From Paramoeba atlantica (Eukaryota; Protista; Discosea): a stretch of 64,000 bases of DNA. Location: positions 930,001 to 994,000 of the forward strand of contig CDRNVI010000030.1 of assembly GCA_977017575.1 (NCBI GenBank), given 5' to 3'. Shown one piece after another: positions 28,582 to 39,600 of the stretch; positions within the stretch are counted from its first letter, which is position 1, and every line of letters starts with the position of its first letter. The notes below the pieces were generated by a model. It worked only from the letters and a program-made list of their open reading frames with translations. It was not told the DNA's origin and searched no databases. Both the position numbers and the translations under genes were made by a program.

Positions 28582-30333
28582 TCACTTGAAATGCAAGTGA
28601 TCGATATAAAAAGTGCGAAAAGTGAGCCAGTGGAAATCCATCATGCAATGTATTTCCGAGTAAAAAACCAACAAGTCCTTGCATACAGGACCCCTAAGGG
28701 ATAGAGATTTAGCGCTTTCAGCGAGTTCAAGTTCTGTGAGCGGCGAACAGTCGTTTGACGACTCAAAGGCTGACACCTTCATCAAAAACTGGAGGATTCG
28801 CTTTTCGTAGAGCCTGTATTCGGCGCACTGGAGCGCCTTTTCAATAACACCTGTTTCGTCGTGTTTATGGCTCAGATCTGTCCTTTTGCGCTTCATACCA
28901 ACTGAAGTACCTTCAGGAAGTGCATCAACTTCGCCATGTATTACCATTCTCTCACACAAACCTTCAAGATAAATGTAGTCGCACGACTGCAAGTGTACTC
29001 CGGGTGGAAGGAGACTTGACGCAAAGCCGGTGACGCATGTCTTCACGGCACCCAATCGAGGAGCTCCCCATGGAACATCACTTTCATCACTCACCTCGTC
29101 TGTACCATTTCTAGAGACGTTTCCAAGCAGTCTACATAGTTCTTCATCGAAAGCAGCTGAACATTTCCCGTGTGGCTTTATTTGAGCTCCGTACTTAGAA
29201 ATTGTAAGAAAGACACACTCCAAGAGCATAGTCCGAATGGTGAGTAATTGAAGGACGTATGCAAACGAAAAAATGTTAGCCCTGTCAAACTCAAAAATCT
29301 CCCATGGAATATCTTCTAATTTCGGGGGCGAAGTGATGTGATGTAGTAATTCTGATTGAAAAGCCTGCCTAATAATTCCATTGCATTTCTCATTGTCCTG
29401 AGGGTTTTGCTCAAAACTCGACAGCTTCGAATCCGTATGTTCTTCCGGTAATATCTTTGTTCTCGTATGCACGTTCTTTATCCAGTCTAAAACAGAGCGC
29501 GAAGGAGATAGTAATCTCGATTTATAGAATTCCGACACTTTCTCTATGGCCCGCGTCCTATCCACGTGGGTAACCAAAAGTGAACGAAATTTATTAATAG
29601 ACTCGCGAAGGTGTTGCAAACGTTTGCATATAAAGTCGAGCAAAAGTAAAGTTATAGAGTACAAATTCTCAAGGGACGGACAATCTTTCGTATCAGATCG
29701 CGCCGTAGAAATTGTAGGAATGCTTGTTAGGATTTCTTTAAAATTCAAATGCATTTCATCCAATTTTCGCAGTGCTTCGTCAATTATTTTGTAAACTCGT
29801 TCGAACTCAACTTCATCGGCAGGAGCTTGTAACTTTCTCATGTGGCACGCAAAAATATGGAGGAGCTCTCTCATGGAGGTCACGGGGTGTGATTGCCAAG
29901 CCAAACTTTCAACACTGAGCGTATCCTCCAACTTACTCCGCACTTCGTTACGAATCCGCAGGGGGTAGAATGAGGACAGTGAGTCAACCACGTACTCCAA
30001 GAATCTACTTAGCATTTCCGTATCTCTATGCAAGAAAATTGACATAATATTGGTAACGGCTGTAAAGTCGTTCTGCCGAGCGTACTTTTCTCTACTGACA
30101 GATCGACACCAAGAGCATGACACACACATATCGTAGGAATGCTGCGCGTGAACTTTTATCATATACAACTCATCGACGTCGTACAGAGGTTTTTTAATAG
30201 ACGGAGAAACATTTTCAACGGTATACTTTGAGGAACCATCACTCAAATCTTTACCTGTGACGGTTTTCGCGGAACTTGTGCTCTGAGAATTCTCCCCAAT
30301 TTCTTTCGAAGTCTCATCGTTTCTGGTATCCAT
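28582..30333 (-). CDS. T-complex protein 11 / Sok1-like protein
   Basis: KLEDTLSVESL..Q, MRKLQAPADE (cf. LCAPxRD) and PWEIFEFDRANI resemble TCP11 motifs by eye. Confidence 0.5.
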   Translation of the reverse strand: MDTRNDETSKEIGENSQSTSSAKTVTGKDLSDGSSKYTVENVSPSIKKPLYDVDELYMIKVHAQHSYDMCVSCSWCRSVSREKYARQNDFTAVTNIMSIFLHRDTEMLSRFLEYVVDSLSSFYPLRIRNEVRSKLEDTLSVESLAWQSHPVTSMRELLHIFACHMRKLQAPADEVEFERVYKIIDEALRKLDEMHLNFKEILTSIPTISTARSDTKDCPSLENLYSITLLLLDFICKRLQHLRESINKFRSLLVTHVDRTRAIEKVSEFYKSRLLSPSRSVLDWIKNVHTRTKILPEEHTDSKLSSFEQNPQDNEKCNGIIRQAFQSELLHHITSPPKLEDIPWEIFEFDRANIFSFAYVLQLLTIRTMLLECVFLTISKYGAQIKPHGKCSAAFDEELCRLLGNVSRNGTDEVSDESDVPWGAPRLGAVKTCVTGFASSLLPPGVHLQSCDYIYLEGLCERMVIHGEVDALPEGTSVGMKRKRTDLSHKHDETGVIEKALQCAEYRLYEKRILQFLMKVSAFESSNDCSPLTELELAESAKSLSLRGPVCKDLLVFYSEIHCMMDFHWLTFRTFYIDHLHFK

Positions 30334-30718
30334 TCTTGATTGATACCCTTAATGAATAAGGGAAGTCGATCTGTACCACAAAATCCACTATTAAAATTTA
30401 TGAAAAATAGTTTTTTCCTTGAACGCTCTTTCTTTAAGAGTTTTTCTTTGTGAAAGATTCAGCACACATTGTCCTATGCTGTGAAAATTATTTAGAGATT
30501 ACTTCAAGAAGATCACCTTAGTATAGTGTAGTAAAAGTACATACCTTTCCTTGAAGTATCTGACTCATAAATCAATGATGGGAACCAATTTTAGAGTTCT
30601 CTTTACCAGACTGAATATGCACAGGATGTCATAAGTCAACGGGGTACAAAAAAATCTACAAGTTGTGGGGTCGCAATAATTAGTGGCAAAACATATTTGT
30701 TCATACATCTCAAAAAAA

Positions 30719-31048
30719 CTACGCTACCTCATGGGCCATCGAGTCATCAGCCCGTTTGCTAAGCTCGTCACCTAATCTGGCTTTTGCGCTACGGTTTTTT
30801 AGATACATCTCCTCAAAATGGGGTTCCTTCAATATTTCATTAATATCATCTTTCCACAGAGAGAACAAGTAGTAGGGCCACGAGGTGAGTTCCATGGCAT
30901 ACATGTACCCTCCAATGACTAAAGTGGTAAATCCCCAACGATGAATGTATTGATATCGGTCGTAGCGCCATACCATTCTCAGACTTTTCCATCTTTTCGT
31001 TATGGACAAGGGTAAACGAGAAGGAGGTTGTACTAGTGGAGGGGGCAT
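30719..31048 (-). CDS. Small hypothetical protein with one predicted TM helix
   Basis: ATG at 31048; hydrophobic stretch WGFTTLVIGGYMYAM; co-oriented with the cluster. Confidence 0.6.
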   Translation of the reverse strand: MPPPLVQPPSRLPLSITKRWKSLRMVWRYDRYQYIHRWGFTTLVIGGYMYAMELTSWPYYLFSLWKDDINEILKEPHFEEMYLKNRSAKARLGDELSKRADDSMAHEVA

Positions 31049-31699
31049 GTACAACAGATTTTTTTTCTCGAAGAAAAAAGATGTTTTATTCGAAAAGGAA
31101 TCCTTAGAAATACCATTCTTTCTGAAAATCGCTTGTCAAGTGTACAAGAATATAGTAAAATATTAGCTTCAATTAATGTTACGATTGTAACTTACAGTTT
31201 TGTAAGTACATTCGTAGGATTCCTAAGTACAGTGCCCCCAGTGTATCCAAACCATTCTTCAGGTGAAAACAGCTTCTTGGGATTTTCATGATTCACCGTC
31301 AATACTTCAGTAATTTGTGTTCTTGTGGTATCCGAAATCACCCAGAATGGAAGTGATTTTTTATTGAATTCCACTGAAAAAGCGACATTATCTTTTGAAA
31401 CCAAAACCTTTAAGACAGAAGCAATGATTTTTTTCTGGAGAAGCTATTGTTTGAAAAGTAGTAGAGGTATCTAATTATCAAGAAGTCGTCGCAGCTCAAG
31501 AGCCCCCTTAAGTAAAGTTGAATGTACTCATCAAAGTTGAGACTCATCAAATTCGGGGGAAAGTGACGGAAGCGCACTTCACCAGAGAATCAATTTTCGA
31601 TAAGATAAGAGCGCAATACTGGTAAGTGAGCCATCAGAATAGGGAAAAAGGCTTCCATAACCACAATTTCCCATGACAGCGAAAAAGGATTATCATATT

Positions 31700-33169
31700 T
31701 TACAGCTCCATATTTCCTTTCTCTCCGCTGTTCCTCTGGCCTTCATGCTCCTCCATAGCCACTGTGACACGAAGGGTTTGTTCTCCACCAGGGACATATC
31801 GAATTATGCAGTATGGTTTGGATTCATATACCTTACCATCCTCCGTGCTATTCTGTGGACTAGGAATCACATCCAGGCTCACACGAAGGGCAGTCGAGGA
31901 GGGTTTTGACAGACGCTTCACGTATCGCCAAGTCGTCGTCCAAAACGACCCGGTGGAATCCTCCACTCCTAAACCAGGCCCTCCCGCCGCCTCCCGCTGC
32001 CTCTGTTCCCCCAGTAGCTGCGACACCGCGCGTATAAACGGGCCATGGACATTAACATCCATAACTTTATCCACCTCCCTGCCATTCCGGCGCGGTAACC
32101 CACGCATCAGCTGTTGATACAAAAACGACACCACCACCTCCTCATCGTAGTCCACCCTTGACACATGAATCGGAATCCGCTGGGATGACCCGAGCACTGC
32201 CGTCGCTACCGCCTCCCCCCACCCCTCCCTTCTACGGTACGCACACCCTAAGGTCCGTAGCCGGTGCCGCAACGCATCCTGGAAACTCCTCGGGCCCAAC
32301 GACAGAAACGGGACAATATTCGCCTGTCGAATATGCGGCAGTCCATCATAGGTCGCATTCACCACATCCCACACCAGCCCCCGCACCTCCTCGGGGCCCA
32401 TCCCCACGGTACGGCCATCACTGCCAAAGTCACTGGTGAGCAGCATACACACCCCCGCCAGCGAGACCCCATCGATAGCGGTCCCATGGCTCACGGCCGC
32501 GAACAGCGGACTGAGTCGCATCACGAGCCCGGGGTGCATCTGGGTGATCTCATCCAGCAGGACGACGGAGGCGTAGGGGAAGGCACGGGCGTGGTCGAGT
32601 ACCCGCGCGGTGATGTCGTGGGCCGCGGCGGTGAGACGCCCCTCACAGGCCCCGTCCAGCAGGCAGTACTGCCCCCCGGGGAGCAGCAGGAGGTTCTCCC
32701 CGGCACGGGGGAGGTGGGGGTGGGGGTGGAGCGAGAGCGCGGAGGAGAGGAGGGAGGCGGTGAGGGTTTTCCCGACCCCGTTGTCCCCGACGAGGTGGAC
32801 GAGAAACCCGGTACGGGGGTCGGCGAGTTTGCGGCTGATGTGACCCAGGAGGGCACGGAGGGCGTGGGTTTGTCCCTCGATGGCGGCGAAAAGGGTGTGG
32901 AGACAGGCGTGGACGTGGCCGAGATCGGTGTTGGAGGTGGATCCACGGAGGGGGGTACCGGGAATGCGCCAGCAGCGGGGTTCGAGGAGTTGTGCCGCGC
33001 GGGTTTCGCAGGGGAGGGTACACCCACAGTGCTCGTACAGTGTATCGGGTGTGGGGTTTTCACAGCGAAGCGGAGAAATATGGTACCCGAAGGGTGGGCC
33101 ACCTCCAACGATAGCGAAAACGAAAACAAGCATGTATAAGTTTGCGCATTTCAAAGGGACATGTTGCAT
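31700..33169 (-). CDS. Torsin/ClpB-related single-domain AAA+ ATPase with an N-terminal signal/TM segment
   Basis: Hydrophobic N-terminus LYMLVFVFAIVGG, Walker A HLVGDNGVGKT, Walker B VVLLDEI..MHPGL, and sensor-1-like LLTSDFGS. Confidence 0.7.
   Translation of the reverse strand: MQHVPLKCANLYMLVFVFAIVGGGPPFGYHISPLRCENPTPDTLYEHCGCTLPCETRAAQLLEPRCWRIPGTPLRGSTSNTDLGHVHACLHTLFAAIEGQTHALRALLGHISRKLADPRTGFLVHLVGDNGVGKTLTASLLSSALSLHPHPHLPRAGENLLLLPGGQYCLLDGACEGRLTAAAHDITARVLDHARAFPYASVVLLDEITQMHPGLVMRLSPLFAAVSHGTAIDGVSLAGVCMLLTSDFGSDGRTVGMGPEEVRGLVWDVVNATYDGLPHIRQANIVPFLSLGPRSFQDALRHRLRTLGCAYRRREGWGEAVATAVLGSSQRIPIHVSRVDYDEEVVVSFLYQQLMRGLPRRNGREVDKVMDVNVHGPFIRAVSQLLGEQRQREAAGGPGLGVEDSTGSFWTTTWRYVKRLSKPSSTALRVSLDVIPSPQNSTEDGKVYESKPYCIIRYVPGGEQTLRVTVAMEEHEGQRNSGEKGNMEL
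31950..33100. other. GC-rich skew-switch island 2, inside the torsin-like gene
   Basis: C-rich to about 32500, G-rich from about 32680; switch near 32600. Confidence 0.8.
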
Positions 33170-33512
33170 TGATAATGTGGAGAAGTGTTTGTGAAAACGA
33201 GTTTGTAGTCATAAAGCTAGTCAGAAATGGGAAAACTATGAAGCGAAACGCATTTTATGTATGGGAAAGAATTAAGTCCTTCGATAAAGGGCGGTATTTT
33301 CATTCTTCTATAGGTTTAGTTTATTATTCTATTATTTTGTTTTAGTGTTAGTTAACATGCCGGGGGGGCATGTTATCGTGATATAGGCATGTTTTAACCC
33401 GTGCCCTCGTTGATTAATTATTTTCGGCCAATTTCCGGTAAAAAATAATTATTTTGTTAATTTGTGCTTTGTTAATAAGAACATTGTTATTTAAATTACG
33501 TTCGAAAGTGCG

Positions 33513-34181
33513 TCACCGGTAAACAGCACCCCGGGTTAATTGAACCGATTTAGGAACTGATCCGTCAACAATAAGTCCTGCTTCGTCAACACGTAATACG
33601 CTCATGCTCGTGGGAAGGTGTGCAAAAGTCACCGTGCCACTAAACCTGTTCTCCGAAAGACATAGGCGGGTTAATCCATCTGGCAAGCGCGTGAAGTCCA
33701 ATGAACCCGATAACTGGTTCCCAGAAACATTTAGGCTGCACAGTGCAGGAGGAAGTTGTGTTAGATCAAACTCCCCCGAAAAGCGAGTTCTTGGAGATGA
33801 AAATTCTTGTAGCCCTCGTGGTAGAAGGGAAGTTTCAATTCTACCCTCTAGGTAATTTTTCGCCAGTAGACATCCCTTGAGGGCAATCCCGAGATGAAGG
33901 TATGTAATAGTGGAAGGAAGGTATGCCCAGTCCAATGTCCCATATAAATCGCGACCACCCCAACGAACCGCTGTAATTGTCGCGGGATTCGCACAATGGA
34001 CTCCAGCCCACTCCGTCACGGATTTCTCTGTCGTCCAAGTCTTATGACGTCCGGTGATATTTGCGATAAAGCGAGAGAGCTCGTACTCTGGGGGAAGAAC
34101 GTTCCCTCTGACTTTGCCTGCACGAGACTCTGTGGTGTCGGCGCAGAAAGGTGAAAAACAAAAGCGAGGTACTCCGTTCAT
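33513..34181 (-). CDS. Leucine-rich repeat protein (LP..L..L.L..N.FSG type)
   Basis: WAGVHC cap and repeats such as FDLTQLPPALCSLNVSGNQLSGSLDFTRLP. First ATG at 34181. Confidence 0.88.
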   Translation of the reverse strand: MNGVPRFCFSPFCADTTESRAGKVRGNVLPPEYELSRFIANITGRHKTWTTEKSVTEWAGVHCANPATITAVRWGGRDLYGTLDWAYLPSTITYLHLGIALKGCLLAKNYLEGRIETSLLPRGLQEFSSPRTRFSGEFDLTQLPPALCSLNVSGNQLSGSLDFTRLPDGLTRLCLSENRFSGTVTFAHLPTSMSVLRVDEAGLIVDGSVPKSVQLTRGAVYR

Positions 34182-34783
34182 AGTCTTATGAGGAAATGTT
34201 AAATAGTTCTTTGGTGAAAAGGAATTTTCTCTTGAAACATACAGGGGTGCGCACAAAAATGTGGGGGGTCAAATATTATTAAAAACATGGCAAATCTTGT
34301 AAAAGAATGAACCATTCAAAACCTTTCATTAATAATGATACTTGCGGTAGTTGTAAACTTATAACCACGGCTCGGATGCCTGGAGCGCAGGTGGACTTTA
34401 CGGCAAAATTGCAAAAATCTCTTGTCGGAGGTGATGAACGAACCCAAGCGGCGCGAAATGCGATAGAAGACATGAGCAAAAATGATGAGCACAACGGACA
34501 AACAGCAAAGCACGTCGCGGAAAAGTTATGTGACGTCAACAGCGCTCCCAGTTGCGCACAGTGAAACTAAAAAGAAACCTTCGAGAAGAGAAACATCTCG
34601 TGCCGGCCATACAGGTGCTCATATAATGAGGAAATGCGTAGCTGGTGCAGACCGAGCGGTGTGCGTTAGTCTCCGCCACGGCAAGGCCATTTGGTTTACC
34701 ACCTTTTTCCAAACAGTCAAATTGGAACCCAATTGGATTCAAAAAGTGTGACCTATGCGGTAATAGCAGTGCGCAATTTTCAT

Positions 34784-35572
34784 TTAACTTGAATCCCTGT
34801 ATAATGTACATTGAAATTCGTCAACGACCTTGGTGGCTTTATCGATTTCACCATAGAGCTCGGTATTCTCCTCTAGGCGCAAGGCGCGGAATTGTGCAGG
34901 AATATTTTCAAGCACTACTAAACCGGAGAAACAATTTTTATTGCAATGCAGTTCTATAAATGATGCGGGAAAATCCTGCAAAGAAATTGATCCAGTGAAT
35001 TTGTTATTCGACAAAGAAACATATCTTATCTTCTACGGTAATTCGGACAGATTAACACCACCAGAAAGCTGGTTACTGCAGAGACATAAATATAATAAGC
35101 TTAATGGCAAATGTGACAAGTCGACACTACCTTCGAAACGATTATAACCTAGATTGAGCGTCTCTAATGTATGCGGCAAATGGTTTAAGAGCAACTCACC
35201 CGAAAAAGAGTTGCATGTTAACCAAAGGTACGTGAGCTGCGGCGGCAATAAATCAAGTTGTATAGTCCCGGTAAATATATTACTATCGAGATTACAAGTG
35301 AGTAAGGATCGCGGCAAACTGTCCCACTGTAGAAATCCCACGAGGTTCATGTGTCTCCAACTAATTTCGACAACTTCCCCATCCTGACATTTCACACCTT
35401 CCCAATCGCACGCAGATGTGGACTTGTTTCTCCCAGACCAACTCTTCTTTGTACTGCGCCACGTCTGGTGCTTTACGGTTATGTTTTCGATGAAACGTTC
35501 TAGCATATCAACCTGAGGCAGTAGCATTGCATTCGCTTTTCCGCGACGCGTCTCATACATGTATTTATCCAT
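34784..35572 (-). pseudogene. Leucine-rich repeat gene with an in-frame TAG
   Basis: LRR register continues in frame across TAG 35033-35035 (NLSELP*KIRYVSLSNNKFTG) to TAA at 34784. Confidence 0.75.
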
Positions 35573-35767
35573 ACCACCAGTCTTGTAAAAGACAAGAAAA
35601 GATCCGTTGGAAATTACACGCACCCAAGTTGAAAAATTAAAATAGATGCATTTCAATGCTTGTACTTGGACTCGAAAATTAAAAATACAGTATAGTTAGC
35701 AAGCCTCCTATCAGAAAAATAGCAACGATCAATCACTTTGACTTAGTCCACCCAAATATGATAGCAT

Positions 35768-36535
35768 TCAAACGTCTTTCCGATTCTGTGAAAAATTCGA
35801 TGAAGGAAAATTTCTAGTTCTTCGCCGCCCCTTCATCCATAAATAAAGTCCTCCAAGAAGCAACCCAAGTGGCAAAAGAAATGCAGTCAATGACATAAAC
35901 CAGACAGCCGCCCCGGTAAATATATCTGAAAAGGAAGAACTGTACGCCCAAATCGTCGTAGGCGTCACCCACGCCAGGAAGTACGCCCCCGCAAAAGGAT
36001 AAAGCACTAAATAGGACATAAGCCACTCCAACAGAAACCCCATAATAGCCTCTGTAAAGGATTCTGCGCGACGGGAGAACACACTACTCCACCATGCGCT
36101 GTTGTAGCTCGCGTCATGCACTACCTCAAATGTCTTTTTCAGCGACGCCTTGTGCTCGTGATAGAATTCCGGACTCCATACCCCGTAGAGAGGTTTCAGA
36201 CGGGATCGCAGGTCCAGTGCCTTACGCTCGACTCGTGCAAGGCTGTACTCTGCCACACGAAGCTCCTCACGTGCCGCCGCGCGTCTGTCTTTTTCAGATG
36301 CTGAGGGAAACCACCCTATGGAGGATTCAATGGCGGAGAGTCGTGTGCGGGATCTCTGTACCGCATCGACGCTGGGAAACACCTCTTTGTCTTGGAGTCT
36401 CTCCAGGGCGTTCTCGAGTTCCATAATTTTGTAGTCGCGTGTGGATAGCGCGGTAGATCGGCAATGCACAGTGTTTGAAACGGAGGTAAGCGAGAGGAGT
36501 GCGAGGTACATCGGGGTCAAAGTGGAAAGTAACAT
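35768..36535 (-). CDS. Hypothetical membrane protein (signal peptide, coiled coil, C-terminal TM helices)
   Basis: 255-aa ATG ORF with a hydrophobic N-terminus and 2-3 C-terminal hydrophobic segments. Confidence 0.7.
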   Translation of the reverse strand: MLLSTLTPMYLALLSLTSVSNTVHCRSTALSTRDYKIMELENALERLQDKEVFPSVDAVQRSRTRLSAIESSIGWFPSASEKDRRAAAREELRVAEYSLARVERKALDLRSRLKPLYGVWSPEFYHEHKASLKKTFEVVHDASYNSAWWSSVFSRRAESFTEAIMGFLLEWLMSYLVLYPFAGAYFLAWVTPTTIWAYSSSFSDIFTGAAVWFMSLTAFLLPLGLLLGGLYLWMKGRRRTRNFPSSNFSQNRKDV

Positions 36536-36697
36536 GGGTACGTAAGTAAAAGAAAAATAGTCGAGCTTCGAATCCTAGTATCCGAAAAAAGACATTCACA
36601 TGTTTTCATACTTATTTTTTCGCTTTCTTCGCAGCAAAAATTTATCTTTAAAAGAATTTAGAATTAGCTTATTTATTCCGCACTACACGCAGGCTAT

Positions 36698-39600
36698 TTA
36701 CCTAACTCTTAAGTACTGCACTGGTGCGCCGTCCGTACGGGTCAAATTCCCAACTTCGGCGAATGTCTTTTTCCGGTATTCTCCCACACTCCACTGCTGG
36801 AGCGTGTTGTCATAGAACGGACTGAAAGGGTTCTCTGATCCCCCTCCAACACTCGCGACGTGGACTTCCTCTCCCACACGGAGAATCTGACGTAATGCGG
36901 GACCGATTCTCCTCACGTGACTGGCTCCGGGACGTCGCCCGCGCATCATATTCAACGAAGACTCGTCTCCGCCCAGTTTTCTTGGGTAGCGGTTCCCGAA
37001 ACACCGAAAGGGGGTAAGGGCGAGGGTAAGGTGAGGGAGTTGCACGTAGCCCCAGTCCTCCGTCCAGCCCCCGACGGGAGCGTAGATGGCCTGTTCCCAG
37101 GCCCGTTCTAACGCCACACTCCCGGCGTGGTCCACACTCCAGTAGTATCCTAAAATAGGATCCACCGGTGCGTGGTCCCGTCGTTTTCGTCCCTCAAACG
37201 CAATCTGTGTCACAATGGAGAGATACTCCCACAGCACAGCAGGGTACCGACACCCGGGAACCACCGCTCCCTCCCACCGTGTGTACATTTCCTGAAGAAA
37301 CGGATGACGAAGCCGTAACCCGGGCTGAGTCTGTAACCAGGGACGAAACAACGTAGTCCACAAATTTGACTGGTTGTCCAGCTGAATCTCCGCTGCTCGA
37401 GAAACACTGTCGCAGCCCCTTCCAGCAAGCATCTCCGCCATACGCGTCGCACGGAAATAGGGAAAATAGTCATACCCCAGTGCGTAACGGTACGCCAGAG
37501 GATACATTTTATTATTCCCCGCCGTGATAAAATCAACCTCTTTCCCCCCACCCCCCGCCGCCTCCGCCGGCACAACCTTCCACGGCAGCTCCCTCATCGG
37601 AATCTCCCCCACCGGGTCAAACGACCCATTCCCCGGCATCGGGTACCGCCCCGTGTGCCCGGGTCGCCGAATCCGGTGCCTCCCCGTCATCCCCCACCCA
37701 TACCCCCCGGCGTGATCCCCCAGGACCACACTCAACGCGGGGGCCGCGATCCGTTCCAGGCAGGCCTCCCGAAACCCCCGGACCGTCGCCACCTCCCCGG
37801 TGACCATCAGCAGGAACCCCTCCAGGGTCCTTGCCGCACTGCCCCCTTGCAGGGCCGCATTCCACATGGCCAGCAACACACCCGAGTTAGCCCCAGCCAC
37901 CCCGGGAAGGTGATGAACCAGTGGCCCGTAGTGGGTGTCCCGAAGCTGGAGAGCCACGGGTCGTTGCTTCCCGCGGACCACAACCCGTTCGTGTCGGGTG
38001 CGATAGGGGAGGGAGGTTCCGTTGTGGAGGTAGTGGGTCTGGGGGCGACTCGGGTCGGGGGTGATGACGTAGAGGTCGCAGAGGTCGGTCATGGCCAGGG
38101 TGATGCCCCAGGCGAGGGTGGTGGAGGCCCCGACGGTGATCCCGGGGAGTCCCGGGGGGGAGGCCCCGAGGAAGGTTTGGTTGGTGTCGGTGATGTGGAG
38201 GGCGAGGTAGTACCAGCTCCCGGGGAAGTACATCTCGAGGTGGGGGTCGCTGCCGAGGGTGGGGGTGGGGGCGGTGGGGGAGCGGGTGACCCAGGCGTTG
38301 GAGCCGCCGTGGGGGGTGAAGGCGCCGGACCACCAGGATGCGCGGGGGGGAGGGAGAGGGGAAGGGTTGGGGGAGGCAGGGGCGTCCGGCTTTAAGGTAT
38401 TGTGGGAAGAAGGATCGGTGCCGAGTTGAAACCAGCTCAAGGTCATGTCTTCAATATAAGAACGGAAGGGTACGAAATCAAAGAATTCCCAGCTTGAGTC
38501 GGATGGTTTTGGAGCAGGGTGTTTGTCCTCAGAATCATGAGATGTGCTGTGTGGGGATAAATTCAATCCGTCAGGTGCCGCAGACGCATCAAGCGGAGGC
38601 ACAGGAGATATTGAAGGAATTTCTTCCGTGTGTGGCGTTTCGATTTGAAACGGCACTGTGCGTTGACGCCATTCGCCCAACATTTCGTCGTAAACAGCTT
38701 TTTCGCGTTGAAAGCTATGATCCTCCTCCATAGCTCTAGTGTGTCGACTTTTAGAAACGTGTGGAGTGCAGTAGGGACCCGCTAAATCCTCTTCGGTAAC
38801 TGTTGTGGTAAACGGCTTGCCCTCAAAATCACGAAGATAACGGTGAAACGGGTAAAGTTGCTCAACTTTGTCGTAATCGGTTCCACGAGAGCTATTTGAA
38901 AATAAGGTAGACCAGCGATCGATTTCATTCTGACAGTTGCTAGATAGTTCTGACTGAATTTGTACCAAAGACAGACACACATCATGCGCCGTCCACGGTT
39001 CCACCTTAGCCACGTTTTTAAAAGGTCCATAGTATAGTAACATGTCGGGGGGAGGCTTCGGATGCCGGCTTCGGTATAGATTTACCCCCGCTGCGTAGGA
39101 TTCGATACAAGACCGATGCTGTGGAGAAATCCCTTCACACATTGCCCGGGCGACAGCGTCAAAATTCAGCGTACGGACCCGAATATCATTTTCCAAGCCG
39201 GCATTACCTAATATTTCGCTCAGGCGTCCTTGCGAAGCGGCGCGACTTAGAACGAGTTGAGAGAAACGCTCCTGGGCATGGATAAATCCTTGTCCAAAAA
39301 AGGCGTCACGATGTGATTTTGCTTGCAGCTTCGGTGTACCATCCTCTCCCCACTCAATTCGGATCGTCCCATCCAATCCCTCAACGTTCCCATGACTTCT
39401 CTGATAATTTGCGGAACTTTGAGAAACGTATATGAGAACGAAAGTCAGAATACCGCCTGATACGAGAGCTACAATAAGTAGTACGAATATGGGAATGTAC
39501 AGACCTCTCATTTTTCTTCTGAAAGGGAGTTCAATGTCATAAAACAGCGTGAAACGGTACGCAAGGAGAGGAAGACACACGCAAGTAAGGACGCTTAGAC

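Noticed and set aside
31192-31660. Gene upstream of the 109-aa ORF (70-aa ORF 31192-31404)
   Set aside because: No ATG, multiple stops upstream and a short internal duplication (actcatcaaa twice). It may be a decayed gene, but no family was recognisable.
35033-35035. Stop-codon reassignment (Blastocrithidia-like code)
   Set aside because: Long conserved genes have no internal stops, and TAA, TAG and TGA all terminate bona fide genes here (e.g. LTN1 TAA, CFAP410 TAG, kinesin TGA).
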